From: Alphaproteobacteria bacterium
GTDB taxonomy: Bacteria > Pseudomonadota > Alphaproteobacteria > Bin95
DNA: 64,000 nt
Direction: 5' to 3'
Assembly (NCBI GenBank): GCA_965205265.1
Contig: CBDBGH010000003.1
Coordinates: forward strand, 4,864,001-4,928,000
Shown here: one piece after another, positions 23,135 to 33,750 of the stretch
Layout of the letters: each line of letters begins with the position of its first letter
How positions within the stretch are numbered: the stretch's first letter is position 1
The notes under the pieces: model-generated
What the model saw: only the letters and a program-made list of their open reading frames with translations
Told to the model about the DNA's origin: nothing
Databases searched by the model: none
Made by a program: the position numbers and the translations under genes

Positions 23135-23934
23135 ATGGATTTCAGGACGGTCACCGCTCCGGCCCTGCGCGATTGGCTGGACGCGGGCGGGGACCCGGAC
23201 GTCGAAGATGGCAACGCGGGGGCGGCCATTCACCAGGCGGCCGGTGCCGGGAACGTCGCGGCCCTGCGCGTCTTGCTCGCGGCCGGGGCCAGCCCGGACT
23301 CCCGCGATGGCTCCGACTCCACGCCGTTGCACCTGGCGGCGCGCGAAGGGCATGCCGATGCCGTGAAAACGCTTCTGGCCGCCGGAGCCGACGTTGAATC
23401 CCAGGACAGGGGGATTACCAGACGCCCTTGCATTGGGCCGCGTTGCACGACCCAAACGCGGAATCCCTGGAAGCGCTGCGTGAAGCCGGCGCCGATATCG
23501 AGGCCCAGGACAGTCTGGGCCAGACGCCGCTGCACATGGCGGCAAGCAGGGGGAATGCGTCGGCTATCGGGTTTCTCCTTGCCGCCGGCGCCGATGTGAA
23601 CGCCCGGCAGAAGGGAAGCGCCTTTACGGCTCTGCACGAAGCGGCCAGCTGGGGCGACCCGGAGGCGTTGCGCGCCCTGCTCGATGCCGGCGCCGACGTG
23701 AATGCCCGGGAGGTCTGGAGCAATTCCATCCCGCTGCATTTCGCCGTCCAGAACGTCCGGGGCGCAACCGGGGTTGTAGCAGCCCTCCTGGAAGCCGGTG
23801 CCGACCTCTCGGTGCGGAACAACCTGGGCAAGACGGCGCTCGAAATGGCTGTCCTGCACGGCACGTCCGAAATCGCTGGCCTTGTCGGCGCCGCAGCAGG
23901 ACAGGACTGGACCGCCCCGGAACCGGGCGCCTGA
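23135..23934 (+). pseudogene. Ankyrin-repeat protein, frameshifted at a G5 run (23409-23413)
   Basis: TPLHLAA / TPLHWAA / TPLHMAA / TALHEAA repeats split over two frames; tail TAPEPGA. Confidence 0.85.
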
Positions 23935-23967
23935 CGGCGAGCCATTGTGAAGGACGGCGACAACACC

Positions 23968-24618
23968 ATGAAGATCGAGGACGTCATTGAGCAGTACGGG
24001 CAGGGCCGGCGCGATTTCCGTGGCATCAGCCTGTTCGAGCAAAGGGAGCACAGCCTTGTCCTGCCAGGGGCGGACTTCTCCGGGGCGGACCTCCGCCTCT
24101 GCGAATTCTGGCAAGGCGATTTCACGGGAGCCGATTTCTCCGGCGCCTGGATGGGCAATATCAACCTGGTGGGGTGTAAACTGCAGGGGGCGGTTTTCGC
24201 GAAGGCGGAACTGTTCGAAGCCTGTTTCAGCGAGGCCGATGCCACCGGCGCGAATTTCGCCGAAGCGGGGATCCACGGCATCGACGCAACGCACGGCATA
24301 TTCAGGGATGCGCTGCTGACCGATGTCGATGCCCATGGCGGCAACTTCACCGGCGCCGCCATGAATGGCGCCGACCTGTCCGGAGGACGGTTCACAAGAA
24401 CGAACCTGTCGGGAGCCGATCTATCCCGGGCGGTCGCAAGGAACGCGGATTTTTCAGACGCTCTCCTTTATGGAGCAAAGCTCCGGAATGCGGATTTCGA
24501 GGGAACGGACATGCTGCGCCTGCGCATTTCCGGCACGGATTTGGACGAGACCCGCGTCCCGCCGGCGCGGATGACCATCCGGGAGCCGGAGAGCGGTCAC
24601 GGCCCCGAAGAGCCCTGA
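23968..24618 (+). CDS. Pentapeptide-repeat protein
   Basis: QYGQGRRDF cap; tail EPESGHGPEEP. Confidence 0.93.
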   Translation: MKIEDVIEQYGQGRRDFRGISLFEQREHSLVLPGADFSGADLRLCEFWQGDFTGADFSGAWMGNINLVGCKLQGAVFAKAELFEACFSEADATGANFAEAGIHGIDATHGIFRDALLTDVDAHGGNFTGAAMNGADLSGGRFTRTNLSGADLSRAVARNADFSDALLYGAKLRNADFEGTDMLRLRISGTDLDETRVPPARMTIREPESGHGPEEP

Positions 24619-24689
24619 ACGCTCTTCGCGTTTTCACCACCCGCTCTTAACATCCCCGCTGGACGGGTTTCCCGAGAGCGGAGGAAGGA

Positions 24690-25529
24690 ATGGCTGAAAA
24701 GAAGGGCGGGACTGTTTCCGTGGAAGACCTTCTGCGGCGCTACGCGGCCGGCGAGCGCGATTTCAGGGAGATCAGTCTGTCGGGCGTTACAGGCGACAGT
24801 CTGGCAGGACAGACCCTCGCCGGAGCCGATTTCCGCGGCGCATTTCTGTGGCTGGTGGATTTCACCGGGGCGGATCTCACGAGCTGCTCCTTCGACGGGG
24901 CGGAACTGACCCAAGCTAAATTCACCGCCGCCCGCATGGCCGAGTGCAGTTTCTACGGCACCATCATGCGGTCAACCGACTTCACCAGGGCCCACCTGGA
25001 CGAGGCCCGGTTTTCGCTCACGGACGCCATACGGGCAGACTTCACGGAAGCCAGCCTCTTCGGCGCCCGGGCGACAAGGACGGATTTCAGGGAATGCAAA
25101 TTCTCCCGCGCGCGCCTTGTCGGGAGTGTCCTCGATCAGTGCAGTTTCGAGGAGGCCGACTTCCATTCCGCCTCGCTGGGCGATGCCGTCATGCACTGGG
25201 CCTCGATCCATCGGGCCTCGTTCGCTCACGCGGTCATGCTCGACACGGATATGCTGTATGCCTCGGCCATGGCGCCGGACGACAACGATGGGGCCTGCGA
25301 GGCGAATTTCGACCACGCCGATCTCCGGGGCGCCAATCTGAGCGAGACCACGTTGCACGGCGCGAGCTTCCGGCACGCCAATCTCTTGGACGCGCGGGTC
25401 GAGAAAGCGCTGATGGACGACTGCGACTTCACCGCCGCCTGTCTGGACGGCGTGGATTTCAGCGCCGCCCGCAGCGCCGACGGTGCAGGATTACCGGAAC
25501 CGCAGGCGGCGGACTCGCCGCAGGTCTGA
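24690..25529 (+). CDS. Pentapeptide-repeat protein
   Basis: LRRYAAGERDF cap; tail LPEPQAADSPQV. Confidence 0.93.
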   Translation: MAEKKGGTVSVEDLLRRYAAGERDFREISLSGVTGDSLAGQTLAGADFRGAFLWLVDFTGADLTSCSFDGAELTQAKFTAARMAECSFYGTIMRSTDFTRAHLDEARFSLTDAIRADFTEASLFGARATRTDFRECKFSRARLVGSVLDQCSFEEADFHSASLGDAVMHWASIHRASFAHAVMLDTDMLYASAMAPDDNDGACEANFDHADLRGANLSETTLHGASFRHANLLDARVEKALMDDCDFTAACLDGVDFSAARSADGAGLPEPQAADSPQV

Positions 25530-25556
25530 TCCGGGGTGAAGAAGGAACGGAACGCC

Positions 25557-26425
25557 ATGGCCGAACGAAGCATCGTTTCCTCCGTCGAGGAGCTGAAGGC
25601 GCGCTACGCCGCCGGCGAGCGCGATTTCCGCGATGCGGATCTGCCCGCCGCGGATCTGCGGGGCGCCGTGCTGCCCGATGCCGACTTTACCGGTGCCGAT
25701 CTCCGGAACGCGGTGTTCGACGGGGCCGACCTCACCGGATGCCGGTTCGACGGGGCCGACATCGACGACGGTTCCTTTGTCGAGAGCCGGATGGCCGGGG
25801 CCAGTTTCACCGGGGCAAGCCTTTTCCGCGGCACCTTTGACGAGGCCGATCTCAGCCGTTCCAGAATGACGCGGTGCGAAGCGTTTTTCGCGCACTTCAC
25901 CGGGACCGACATGACCGGGGTGAAGGCCCGTTCCGCTCAATTCAGGAACGCCCGGATGCAAGGGGCGCTCCTCGACGAGGCGGACCTCACCGGATGCGAC
26001 CTGTGCAAGGCCGAAATGTCCGAGGCAGCCTGAAGCGGGCGAACCTGAAATCCTGTCGGGTCTTCAAGGCCGACTTCAGTGCGGCCAATCTGCGTCAGGC
26101 CAGGCTGGGGCTGATGTCCTCGGCCGACCCGGACCTCCCGGAAGACGAGCGGGACTACGAGGTGGATTTCTCGGGAGCCGTTCTTGAAGGCGCGGATCTC
26201 CGCGATTCGAATCTCCCCGGCAGCAACTTCCGGCAGGCAAATTTCCGGAATGCCGACATGCGCGAGGCGAATGTCGACAACGCCTGTTTCGACGGGGCCG
26301 TCCTGACCGGAGCACAGTTCGTCACCGAAGGGGCATGGACGCCGGACGCGGATTTCAGCGAGGCGATCGATGTTCCGGAAGGCCTGCTGGAGGGCGCGGA
26401 AGCCAGCGCGGCCGCCGGCCCCTGA
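25557..26425 (+). pseudogene. Pentapeptide-repeat protein with a 1-nt frameshift near 26026
   Basis: First frame stops at 26033; LKRANLKSC continues in another frame, collinear with paralog 26458-27327. Confidence 0.85.
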
Positions 26426-26457
26426 CGCCCCGCGCCGAGCCGGAGGAGCAGAACGCC

Positions 26458-27327
26458 ATGGCCGAACGAAGCATCGTTTCCTCCGTCGAGGAGCTGAAGG
26501 CGCGCTACGCCGCCGGCGAGCGCAATTTCCGCAATGCCGAGCTGGAGGGAGCCGACCTGAGAGGCCTGGTGCTCAAGGACGCCGACTTCGGCGGCGCCAT
26601 TCTCCGGAGAACCAGGGGCGACGGATCGGACCTCACCGGCTGCCGCCTTGATGGAGCCGACCTCACCGGCGCCTCCTTTCCTGCCGCCCGGCTGGAGGAC
26701 AGCTCCCTGCATGGAGCCATGCTCAATTTCGCGACCTTCACGGAAGCCAATTTCGACCGCTGCGAGATGGTTCGGGTTTCCGCGGTCGAATGCGGTTTCG
26801 GCAAGGCGGGCATGGCCGGGATACGGGCTCCGTGCGGCGATTTCCGCCGGTCGAATTTCGCCGGGGCCAATCTGCCCGAGGCCTACCTTCCCGACAGCGA
26901 TCTCTGCGAGGCCAACTTCGCGGGATGCGGAATGGCTCGGGCCAACCTGGAATCCTGTTCGGCCTACAAGACCAACTTCTCGGCGGCCTGCCTGGACCGG
27001 GCCCGCATGTATGTTTTCACGGTTCGCGACCCGGAAAGCCCCGAAGAGGCATCGGAATACGAGGCGGATTTTTCGGACGCGACCCTTCGGGAATCCGACA
27101 TCACCAACGCGGATATCCAAGGTGCGGATTTCTCGCGCGCGGACCTGGGGGACGCCGATATGACCGGGGCATTTGTGTTCTCGTGCAATTTCACCGGCGC
27201 GAACTGCGCCGGCACCAGGTTCGACAAATCTCTGCCGCCCGACCTGTGCGATTTCACGGGCGCCCTTAACGTCCCTGACGCCGTCCTGGAGGCCAACAGG
27301 GGCACCGGCGGCCCCAACGGGCCATAG
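26458..27327 (+). CDS. Pentapeptide-repeat protein
   Basis: KARYAAGERNF cap; GGAGG RBS; tail GGPNGP. Confidence 0.93.
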   Translation: MAERSIVSSVEELKARYAAGERNFRNAELEGADLRGLVLKDADFGGAILRRTRGDGSDLTGCRLDGADLTGASFPAARLEDSSLHGAMLNFATFTEANFDRCEMVRVSAVECGFGKAGMAGIRAPCGDFRRSNFAGANLPEAYLPDSDLCEANFAGCGMARANLESCSAYKTNFSAACLDRARMYVFTVRDPESPEEASEYEADFSDATLRESDITNADIQGADFSRADLGDADMTGAFVFSCNFTGANCAGTRFDKSLPPDLCDFTGALNVPDAVLEANRGTGGPNGP

Positions 27328-27356
27328 GCGGGCAATGGAGGGGGAGGAACGGACCG

Positions 27357-27755
27357 ATGCAGATCATGCCTGCCGAGAATAGGGCCGGCGTGCCCGAGGA
27401 CGATGGCTATCCGCCGGAAGGCACGCCGGAAACCGCGCTCGTGATCGTCTGGAGCGGGGAGGATTACGCCTTCCACATCATGGCCCATACCGGCCGGTAC
27501 TTCCACGGCACGGTTGAGGTCGCCGGCTTCAATGGTGAGGAGTCCGGCATGGAGGGCGTGCCGGAAGAGCCGGGCTTCTACGTCATGGAAAACGGCCGGG
27601 TCTCGTCGCATCGCGACCGGGAAACCGGCATTGTCGAGGAGGTTCTCATCCACGGCGATTGGCGAAAGGCGCGTCTGGCGGACTTCGACCGCTTCGGCAT
27701 CGAATGTCCCCTGGACCTCTCGCCGGAAGCGGAGGAACCCGGAATCAGCCCCTGA
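27357..27755 (+). CDS. Hypothetical acidic protein
   Basis: GGAGG RBS; tail EAEEPGISP. Confidence 0.75.
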   Translation: MQIMPAENRAGVPEDDGYPPEGTPETALVIVWSGEDYAFHIMAHTGRYFHGTVEVAGFNGEESGMEGVPEEPGFYVMENGRVSSHRDRETGIVEEVLIHGDWRKARLADFDRFGIECPLDLSPEAEEPGISP

Positions 27756-27789
27756 TGCAAGTCGGGACTCAAATAGGGAAACCCGGAAT

Positions 27790-28638
27790 ATGAGCACACG
27801 AGAGATCGTCACGTCCGTCGAGGACCTCCGTCGCCGCTACGCCGCCGGCGAACGCGACTTCCGCGATGCCCGGCTGGAAGGGGCCGATCTGCAGTGCCTC
27901 GATCTGACCGGTTCCGACTTTTCCGGTGCCGATCTGCGCGCGGCGCAACTCGATGACGCCTGGCTGTCTGACTGCAATTTCTCGGGCGCCGACATGGAGT
28001 CCGTATCGGCCCCCCGGACGATCATGAGGGACAGCCGCTTCTATGGCGCCATCCTGAACGGGGGACATTTCGCGAGCGCACAGCTTGCGGGGGCGCAGTT
28101 CACAAGAGTGTCGGCCCAAAACTGCCATTTCACGAATGCCGATCTGAGCGGCATATCCGCAAGATGTGCTGACTTCCGGCATTGTCACTTCGTGAAGGCC
28201 AGTCTCACCAAGGCTCTCCTCGATATGGGCGAGTTCGAGAACGCCGTTTTCACCGGCGCCGATCTGGAAGGCGCCTCCCTGGCATGGGCCGCCATCTACC
28301 AGGCCCATTTCGAGGATGCCGACATGCGCGAAGTGCAGCTGCGGGGCGCCTGTTCGCGCGACCCGGAAGACGACGAGACCTTCGAGGCCTGCTTCGCCAG
28401 CGCTGACCTGCGCAAGGCCGGGCTGACGGACGTCATCCTGCACGAGTCCGATTTCCGGGGAGCCGACATGCGCGAGGCGGACCTGTGCGGTGCGCTGATG
28501 AGCGGCTCGAAATTCGAGGGGGCCGACATCACCGGAATCAGGTTCGACGACGTGTCGGGCTACGAGATCGACCTGCGCGGCGCCATCGGGATCCCGGATG
28601 AATGGCGCCCCTCCGGCGAAAGCGGGCCCGCGGCATAG
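27790..28638 (+). CDS. Pentapeptide-repeat protein
   Basis: LRRRYAAGERDF cap; tail PSGESGPAA. Confidence 0.93.
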   Translation: MSTREIVTSVEDLRRRYAAGERDFRDARLEGADLQCLDLTGSDFSGADLRAAQLDDAWLSDCNFSGADMESVSAPRTIMRDSRFYGAILNGGHFASAQLAGAQFTRVSAQNCHFTNADLSGISARCADFRHCHFVKASLTKALLDMGEFENAVFTGADLEGASLAWAAIYQAHFEDADMREVQLRGACSRDPEDDETFEACFASADLRKAGLTDVILHESDFRGADMREADLCGALMSGSKFEGADITGIRFDDVSGYEIDLRGAIGIPDEWRPSGESGPAA

Positions 28639-28659
28639 TCCGGCCCAGCGCCCAGGCGC

Positions 28660-28939
28660 CTACCGCGCGATGGTCCGGAAGGTCGCGGAAATGCGGGTGC
28701 CCGTCTCCCGGGCGCTGTCGGCCCGGTCGATCCCGTGCATCCAGCTTTGCCGCGCGGCTCCCGCGAGAACGAGAACCGATCGCCTGGGCAGGGTGACGAT
28801 CTCGTCACCCGGCAGGCCGTCGCGTACATAGCGGCCCCGGCGCGGCCTGAAACGCATCGGCCAGTCCTCCCCAAGCGAAAGGGACGCCACCACGGGACCG
28901 AAGTCCCGGTGGTCGGCATGCATTCCGATGCCCTGGCCC
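28660..28939 (-). pseudogene. C-terminal remnant of an AlkB-like 2OG-Fe(II) dioxygenase
   Basis: GQGIGMHAD...VASLSLG...WMHGI...RISATFR; truncated by IS1634 copy 2. Confidence 0.8.
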
Positions 28940-30855
28940 CCTGACTTCGACGGTTGATTCGCATAAGTAGTTGATATTGCCTGGTTCTCATTTCGGCTAG
29001 GCACTACATCCGGCATTTCTTCGAGCCGTGCTTCGTCGACGGTCAGGCGAGTTGATACGGGGTGATCGTCAGGGGCAGCCCCATGGTTGCGTAAATCTGC
29101 TCCGCCGCCGGTGTCGGCTTCGAGGGGATGACGTAGCGGTTGCCCGATTGCCGACAGCGCAGCAGGGAGCACTGGCGGTGGACGAGGGCGGAGCGGATGA
29201 CCTCCGGGGACATCCGCCGCTTCTGGATGGCGACGCGGTACGCAAGGTGTCGAACGCAGGCGAAGGCCAGGAAGGCGATGGCGATGTGAGCGCGGATCCG
29301 GTCCGGGTTCCAGTGCCAGATGGGACGTATCTTCAGGTCGTGTTTGGTGATCCGGAAGCTCTCCTCGACCTGCCAGAGCCCCTGGTAGTGAGCCATCACT
29401 TCGGTGACGCGCGCGTCGCGCAGATTGGTGATGACGCCGGTGAGCCCGTCCCATCGTGCGGCCTCGGCGATCTTCTCCGGGTTCACCGTGAGCCGTGCGT
29501 CGCCCTCGACGGCGATGAAGCGCTTCGCCCCGTGATTGGAGAGCAGTTCCCTGGGATTGTCGCTGCGGGCCAGCCTGTCGAGCAGGCGTTCCACCTGATG
29601 GCGGCGCTCGTGCGCGTCCTTGCGTGCGCGCTGGGGGCAGAAGACGACGATCAGGCGACGGCCCTTGTACTCCCACTCGCCGACCCGGCGGTCCTGTGAG
29701 CCCTCCAGCGGGGCATAGGTCCCGGGGTCGAGAACCTGCCCCAGCAGCGCGAGCGGCAGCTTGCGCAGCCGCGCGCCGACGACATACTCGCCGCCGATGG
29801 CGTCCATGGCGTCGAGGTTGTCGGCGCTCAGCATGCCCCGGTCGGCCACGCATACCGTGCGCTCCACCTGGTGGCGGCGCTGCATGTCCTGCAGGACCGG
29901 GACCATGCTGTGTCCCTCGTAGGTGGCGCCGGGGAAGACCTCGTAGCTGATCGGCAGCCCTTCGCGCGTCACCATCAGCGCCAGCAGAACCTGCGAGTCC
30001 TTGTGTTTGCCGTCCTTGCTGAAGCCGTGCTGGCGAAGCTCGTCCTCGGCGGCCGTCTCGAAGTAGAGCGTGGTGCAATCGAAGAAGAGGATCGCGACCG
30101 GCTCCGGCAGCAGCGACCGGCTCGCCTCGCCGACGCGCGTGCGCAGTCGCTCGATCACCGTCGCGTCGAGCTGATCCATCATCCGGTAGACCTTCTCGAG
30201 CGGAAGACTCACGCCGAAGTCCTCCTCGAGCCGGCGCACGCTGCCCCGCTTGCTGTCGGGGTTGGCTACCCGCGCCATCACCACATGGAACAGCGCGTCA
30301 TGGGAGGCCCGGTAGCGCGAGCGCGGCAGCAGCGCGTCGAGGCCCAGCAGCCGGTAGATCTCGCCATAGACCTCGTGGATGCCTGTGATCAGGCGCTGCT
30401 CCTCTTCAAGCTGCTTGAGGTCGACCGGGAGTTCCTCCTTGCCGTCCCCCCGGCGGCCGACACGGATCGCCTGCTCAGCGATCTTCTCGGGCGCAAACAA
30501 TGCCGGCTGACGCTCGTCCTCCAGCTTCGCCTTGACGTACTCGCCGAGCTGCCTCAGGCGCTCGAGCTCGTCCTCGTCCATGGCCACGCCGACATGGCGG
30601 ACGATGCGCTGTCGGACCTTGCCGCCGTCGCGCACGGCCTCGACGATCTGGACCGAGCGTCGCGGGCTGTTGGGGGAGGTCTTGATGCGCACGAACATGG
30701 GGGGAGTGTAGCGCGTGGCGGAGGCATTGACAGTCTCAAAGATTTACTAGGCACTACAACGCAGCTTGACCGCACCGCAACTGCCAACTCATTGGCTTTA
30801 CTGAAAACTCCAGACGCGAGATCGGTCAGAAGTCAGCCCAACCGTCGAAGTCAGG
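28940..30855 (-). mobile_element. IS1634-family element copy 2 (1916 bp), no target duplication
   Basis: Same inverted repeats and identical transposase; the two flanks are unrelated. Confidence 0.95.
29043..30698 (-). CDS. IS1634-family transposase
   Basis: Protein identical to 4907-6562. Confidence 0.95.
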   Translation of the reverse strand: MFVRIKTSPNSPRRSVQIVEAVRDGGKVRQRIVRHVGVAMDEDELERLRQLGEYVKAKLEDERQPALFAPEKIAEQAIRVGRRGDGKEELPVDLKQLEEEQRLITGIHEVYGEIYRLLGLDALLPRSRYRASHDALFHVVMARVANPDSKRGSVRRLEEDFGVSLPLEKVYRMMDQLDATVIERLRTRVGEASRSLLPEPVAILFFDCTTLYFETAAEDELRQHGFSKDGKHKDSQVLLALMVTREGLPISYEVFPGATYEGHSMVPVLQDMQRRHQVERTVCVADRGMLSADNLDAMDAIGGEYVVGARLRKLPLALLGQVLDPGTYAPLEGSQDRRVGEWEYKGRRLIVVFCPQRARKDAHERRHQVERLLDRLARSDNPRELLSNHGAKRFIAVEGDARLTVNPEKIAEAARWDGLTGVITNLRDARVTEVMAHYQGLWQVEESFRITKHDLKIRPIWHWNPDRIRAHIAIAFLAFACVRHLAYRVAIQKRRMSPEVIRSALVHRQCSLLRCRQSGNRYVIPSKPTPAAEQIYATMGLPLTITPYQLA

Positions 30856-31261
30856 AACTCACTCAGGATCATCGCCAGCCGTTTTCCCTGCAAGACCGAC
30901 ACAAAGCCTACCCCGCCGACATGAAAACCCGAAACGGCCCCTCTACAGACAGCCGCAACAGATTTCCGGTCGGGACCCGGCCGGCGGGCCCGCGCCGCGG
31001 CTTGACGGCTCGTTTCGGGAATGGCCGCGTCGGGAACCGCACCGCGACCGCTGCACCGCGACCGCTGCACCGAATCGGCGGAGCGGCGCGGGCCCTCTGG
31101 TCTCGGCCAGGGACTTGATGCGGTTGCTGGATCAGGAGAGCCCGCCCAGGCTGCGATCCGGGGGCAAGCGTGATCGCCGGGCCGGTAGGGTTATTGAAGA
31201 GACAATCACGACATGATATATATAAGCTGCAATAACGCCTATAATGTAAGGTTTAGTCAAC

Positions 31262-31603
31262 ATGTCTAGATCTGCAAACATTGCCCGGACACCGCCGGCC
31301 GCCGTTGAGGACGCGTTGAGGCGGTTGGGCGGGAACATTCGCACAGCGCGGCTGCGCCGCAATCTGACCCAGGCCCAGCTGGCCGGGCGTATGGGTGTCT
31401 CCCGGTTCGTGGTGGCGGATATCGAGAGAGGCAAGCCGACGACCGGTGCGGCGGCCTGTCTGGGCGCGCTCTGGGGGCTTGGCCTGCTCGCTCACATGCG
31501 TGACGTGGCCGAACCGGACCGCGATCACGAGGGCCGGACGCTGGAGCGCGCTCGAAACCCCGCAAGGGCGCGAAGGCAGCGAGCGATGAGCGATGACTTC
31601 TGA
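31262..31603 (+). CDS. HipB-like XRE HTH antitoxin
   Basis: IRTARLRRNLTQAQLAGRMGVSR..VADIERG; overlaps the HipA-like gene. Confidence 0.85.
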   Translation: MSRSANIARTPPAAVEDALRRLGGNIRTARLRRNLTQAQLAGRMGVSRFVVADIERGKPTTGAAACLGALWGLGLLAHMRDVAEPDRDHEGRTLERARNPARARRQRAMSDDF

Positions 31604-32909
31604 GCGCGAGTGCTTCGTCCATATCGTGCTGCCGGAGACAACGGGCTTCGTACTCGCCGGCCGGTTCCGCTGGACGGATGATGGAGACCGCGGGGTCGGG
31701 CGGTTCGTCTATGGGCGCTCCTACCGGGAGCGGCCCGACGCCGTCGAACTCGACCCCGTCGAACTGCATCTCTCCGACAGCGTCTTCGAGACCGCCCGCA
31801 TGGACGGTTTCTTTGGTGCCATCCGGGACTCCATGCCGGATTTCTGGGGGCGGTGCGTGATCGAGCGCAGCGTCGGCCAAGCCGCGCTTCCGGAATTCGA
31901 CTACCTGATGCGGGGACCGCAAGACCGTCCCGGCGCTCTGGGCTTCAGTCCGGGCCTCGAACCTCCGGCTCCCGGCCCGCCCGTCGGGCGGACGCTCGAT
32001 CTCGCTGAGCTGCAGGAGGCGGCAGACACGCTTGTCGCCGACGGGCGGCAGCCTGCCCCAGGATCCGGAGGTGGGCCGGACGGGCCCGTTGCCGAAACGG
32101 CCGCGGCAGTGCTGTTTCCGGGCTCGTCGATGGGCGGGGCGCGGCCCAAGGCGGTGGTCACCGACGGGCCAGACTCCTGGATCGCCAAGTTCGGCCGCCA
32201 GGACGACCGCTGGAACCAGCCACGGGTCGAACACGGGCTGCTCGCTCTTGCGGGGGCCTGCGGCCTGGACGTCGCTGACAGCCGGATCGAGACCGTAGGT
32301 GGCCGCGATGTGCTTCTCGTGCGCCGCTTCGACCGTGAGCGCATCGATGCCGGCTGGCGTCGTCACCGCATGGCCAGCGCGCTGACCCTGCTGCGCAGCG
32401 GCGACGGTGTCGCCGACCGGCGGGACTGGTCCTATCTCCTGCTCGCCGATGAAATCCGCCGGACTGCCGCCAGCCCGAAGGACGAACTGCGCGAACTGTT
32501 CGGGCGGATGTGTTTCAACGCGGCCGTCTCCAACCTTGACGATCACCCGCGTAACCACGCGATCCTCGCGGAAGGTCGGCAGTGGCGCCTCAGTCCGGCC
32601 TTCGACCTGACGCCCTCGCCGGTCGTGCCGCGCGAACGGCGTGACCTCGCCATGACCTGTGGGCACTTCGGGCGCTATGCGAACCGGAGCAACCTGCTGA
32701 GTGCCCATGAGCGCTTCCTGCTTGGACGCGACGAGGCGGAAGGGGCGTTGGACAGCATTCTGAACACGGTGCGACGGCAGTGGCTTGCCGGCATGAGATG
32801 GGCCGGCGTCAGCGAGCAGGACTGTGAACGGATAGCGCCCGCCTTCATCTATGACGGCCTGTTTCACGACATTGACGACGAACTATCGGGTGATGGCTTC
32901 GGCTGGTAG
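31593..32909 (+). CDS. hipA: HipA-family kinase toxin
   Basis: SSMGGARPKA, LLVRRFDR, NLDDHPRNH, LSPAFDL. Confidence 0.92.
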   Translation: MTSERECFVHIVLPETTGFVLAGRFRWTDDGDRGVGRFVYGRSYRERPDAVELDPVELHLSDSVFETARMDGFFGAIRDSMPDFWGRCVIERSVGQAALPEFDYLMRGPQDRPGALGFSPGLEPPAPGPPVGRTLDLAELQEAADTLVADGRQPAPGSGGGPDGPVAETAAAVLFPGSSMGGARPKAVVTDGPDSWIAKFGRQDDRWNQPRVEHGLLALAGACGLDVADSRIETVGGRDVLLVRRFDRERIDAGWRRHRMASALTLLRSGDGVADRRDWSYLLLADEIRRTAASPKDELRELFGRMCFNAAVSNLDDHPRNHAILAEGRQWRLSPAFDLTPSPVVPRERRDLAMTCGHFGRYANRSNLLSAHERFLLGRDEAEGALDSILNTVRRQWLAGMRWAGVSEQDCERIAPAFIYDGLFHDIDDELSGDGFGW

Positions 32910-32989
32910 GCGTTAGGCGGCGCGCGAACCGACTTCGTGCCCGCTCGGAGGAAATCTTCCGAACGCCTCCCAGAATTTGTAGCGGCTAT

Positions 32990-33682
32990 CTACAGGGACG
33001 GCCCGGCCATAGTGTCCCGCTCGACATCGTCTTCGACGGACCGCGGTTCGGCAATCTGCGTGCGGCGCACCTCCGCGCCCTCGAAACGCGCGCCGTCCGC
33101 CTGCCGGGACGTCACACGGCATCCTTCCACGATCCCGTTCTCGAACACCATCCCGTCGAGCCGCGCCGGCGGGGCCGCGGTGAAGTCCGTATCCAGGACA
33201 CTGGCCTCGCGGGCATCCATACCGCTCATCACCGCCCCGGCCGTCCGCAGCCGGGTCATGAACGCTCCACGGACGCTCGCCCCTGCCAGGAACGTGTCCT
33301 CGATGATCGCGCCCTCCAGGCGCGCCCAGGCCAGGTCCGCCTCCTGGGCGTCCGCACCCGTCAGGTCCGCACCGTTCAGGACAGCGCCGCACATCCGCAC
33401 GCCCTTCATCTTGGCCTCGCGGAAACTCGCCCCGGTGCAGTCGCACCCCGAGAAGTCCAGGCCTTCGAGATCCATGTTCGAAAAGTCGCCGCCCCGGAAG
33501 TCCGTCCGGCCTTCCTGCAATGCCGCCGCCAGCTTGTCCCGGCGCAGGGCCTCCGGACTCAAGTCCACACCGCTCAGATTCGCGGAACGAATGAACGCCA
33601 TCGTCTCGCCGTCGAGAACAGTCGGCGGGGTTCTCAGATCCACCCCATCCGGCGGCGAGCCATGCTCCTCAGGCTTTCTCAT
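32990..33682 (-). CDS. Pentapeptide-repeat protein
   Basis: LQEGRTDF cap and repeats; tail ERDTMAGPSL. Confidence 0.85.
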   Translation of the reverse strand: MRKPEEHGSPPDGVDLRTPPTVLDGETMAFIRSANLSGVDLSPEALRRDKLAAALQEGRTDFRGGDFSNMDLEGLDFSGCDCTGASFREAKMKGVRMCGAVLNGADLTGADAQEADLAWARLEGAIIEDTFLAGASVRGAFMTRLRTAGAVMSGMDAREASVLDTDFTAAPPARLDGMVFENGIVEGCRVTSRQADGARFEGAEVRRTQIAEPRSVEDDVERDTMAGPSL

Positions 33683-33750
33683 CGGTAAACCGTCTCCCGG
33701 GTCCGCTTCCCGGGAAGCTTACGCCCGCCCCCTGAAACCGGCAAACGCCG

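Noticed and set aside
31039-31072. Short tandem repeat GCACCGCGACCGCT (about 2.4 copies)
   Set aside because: Too short and GC-rich; likely local slippage.
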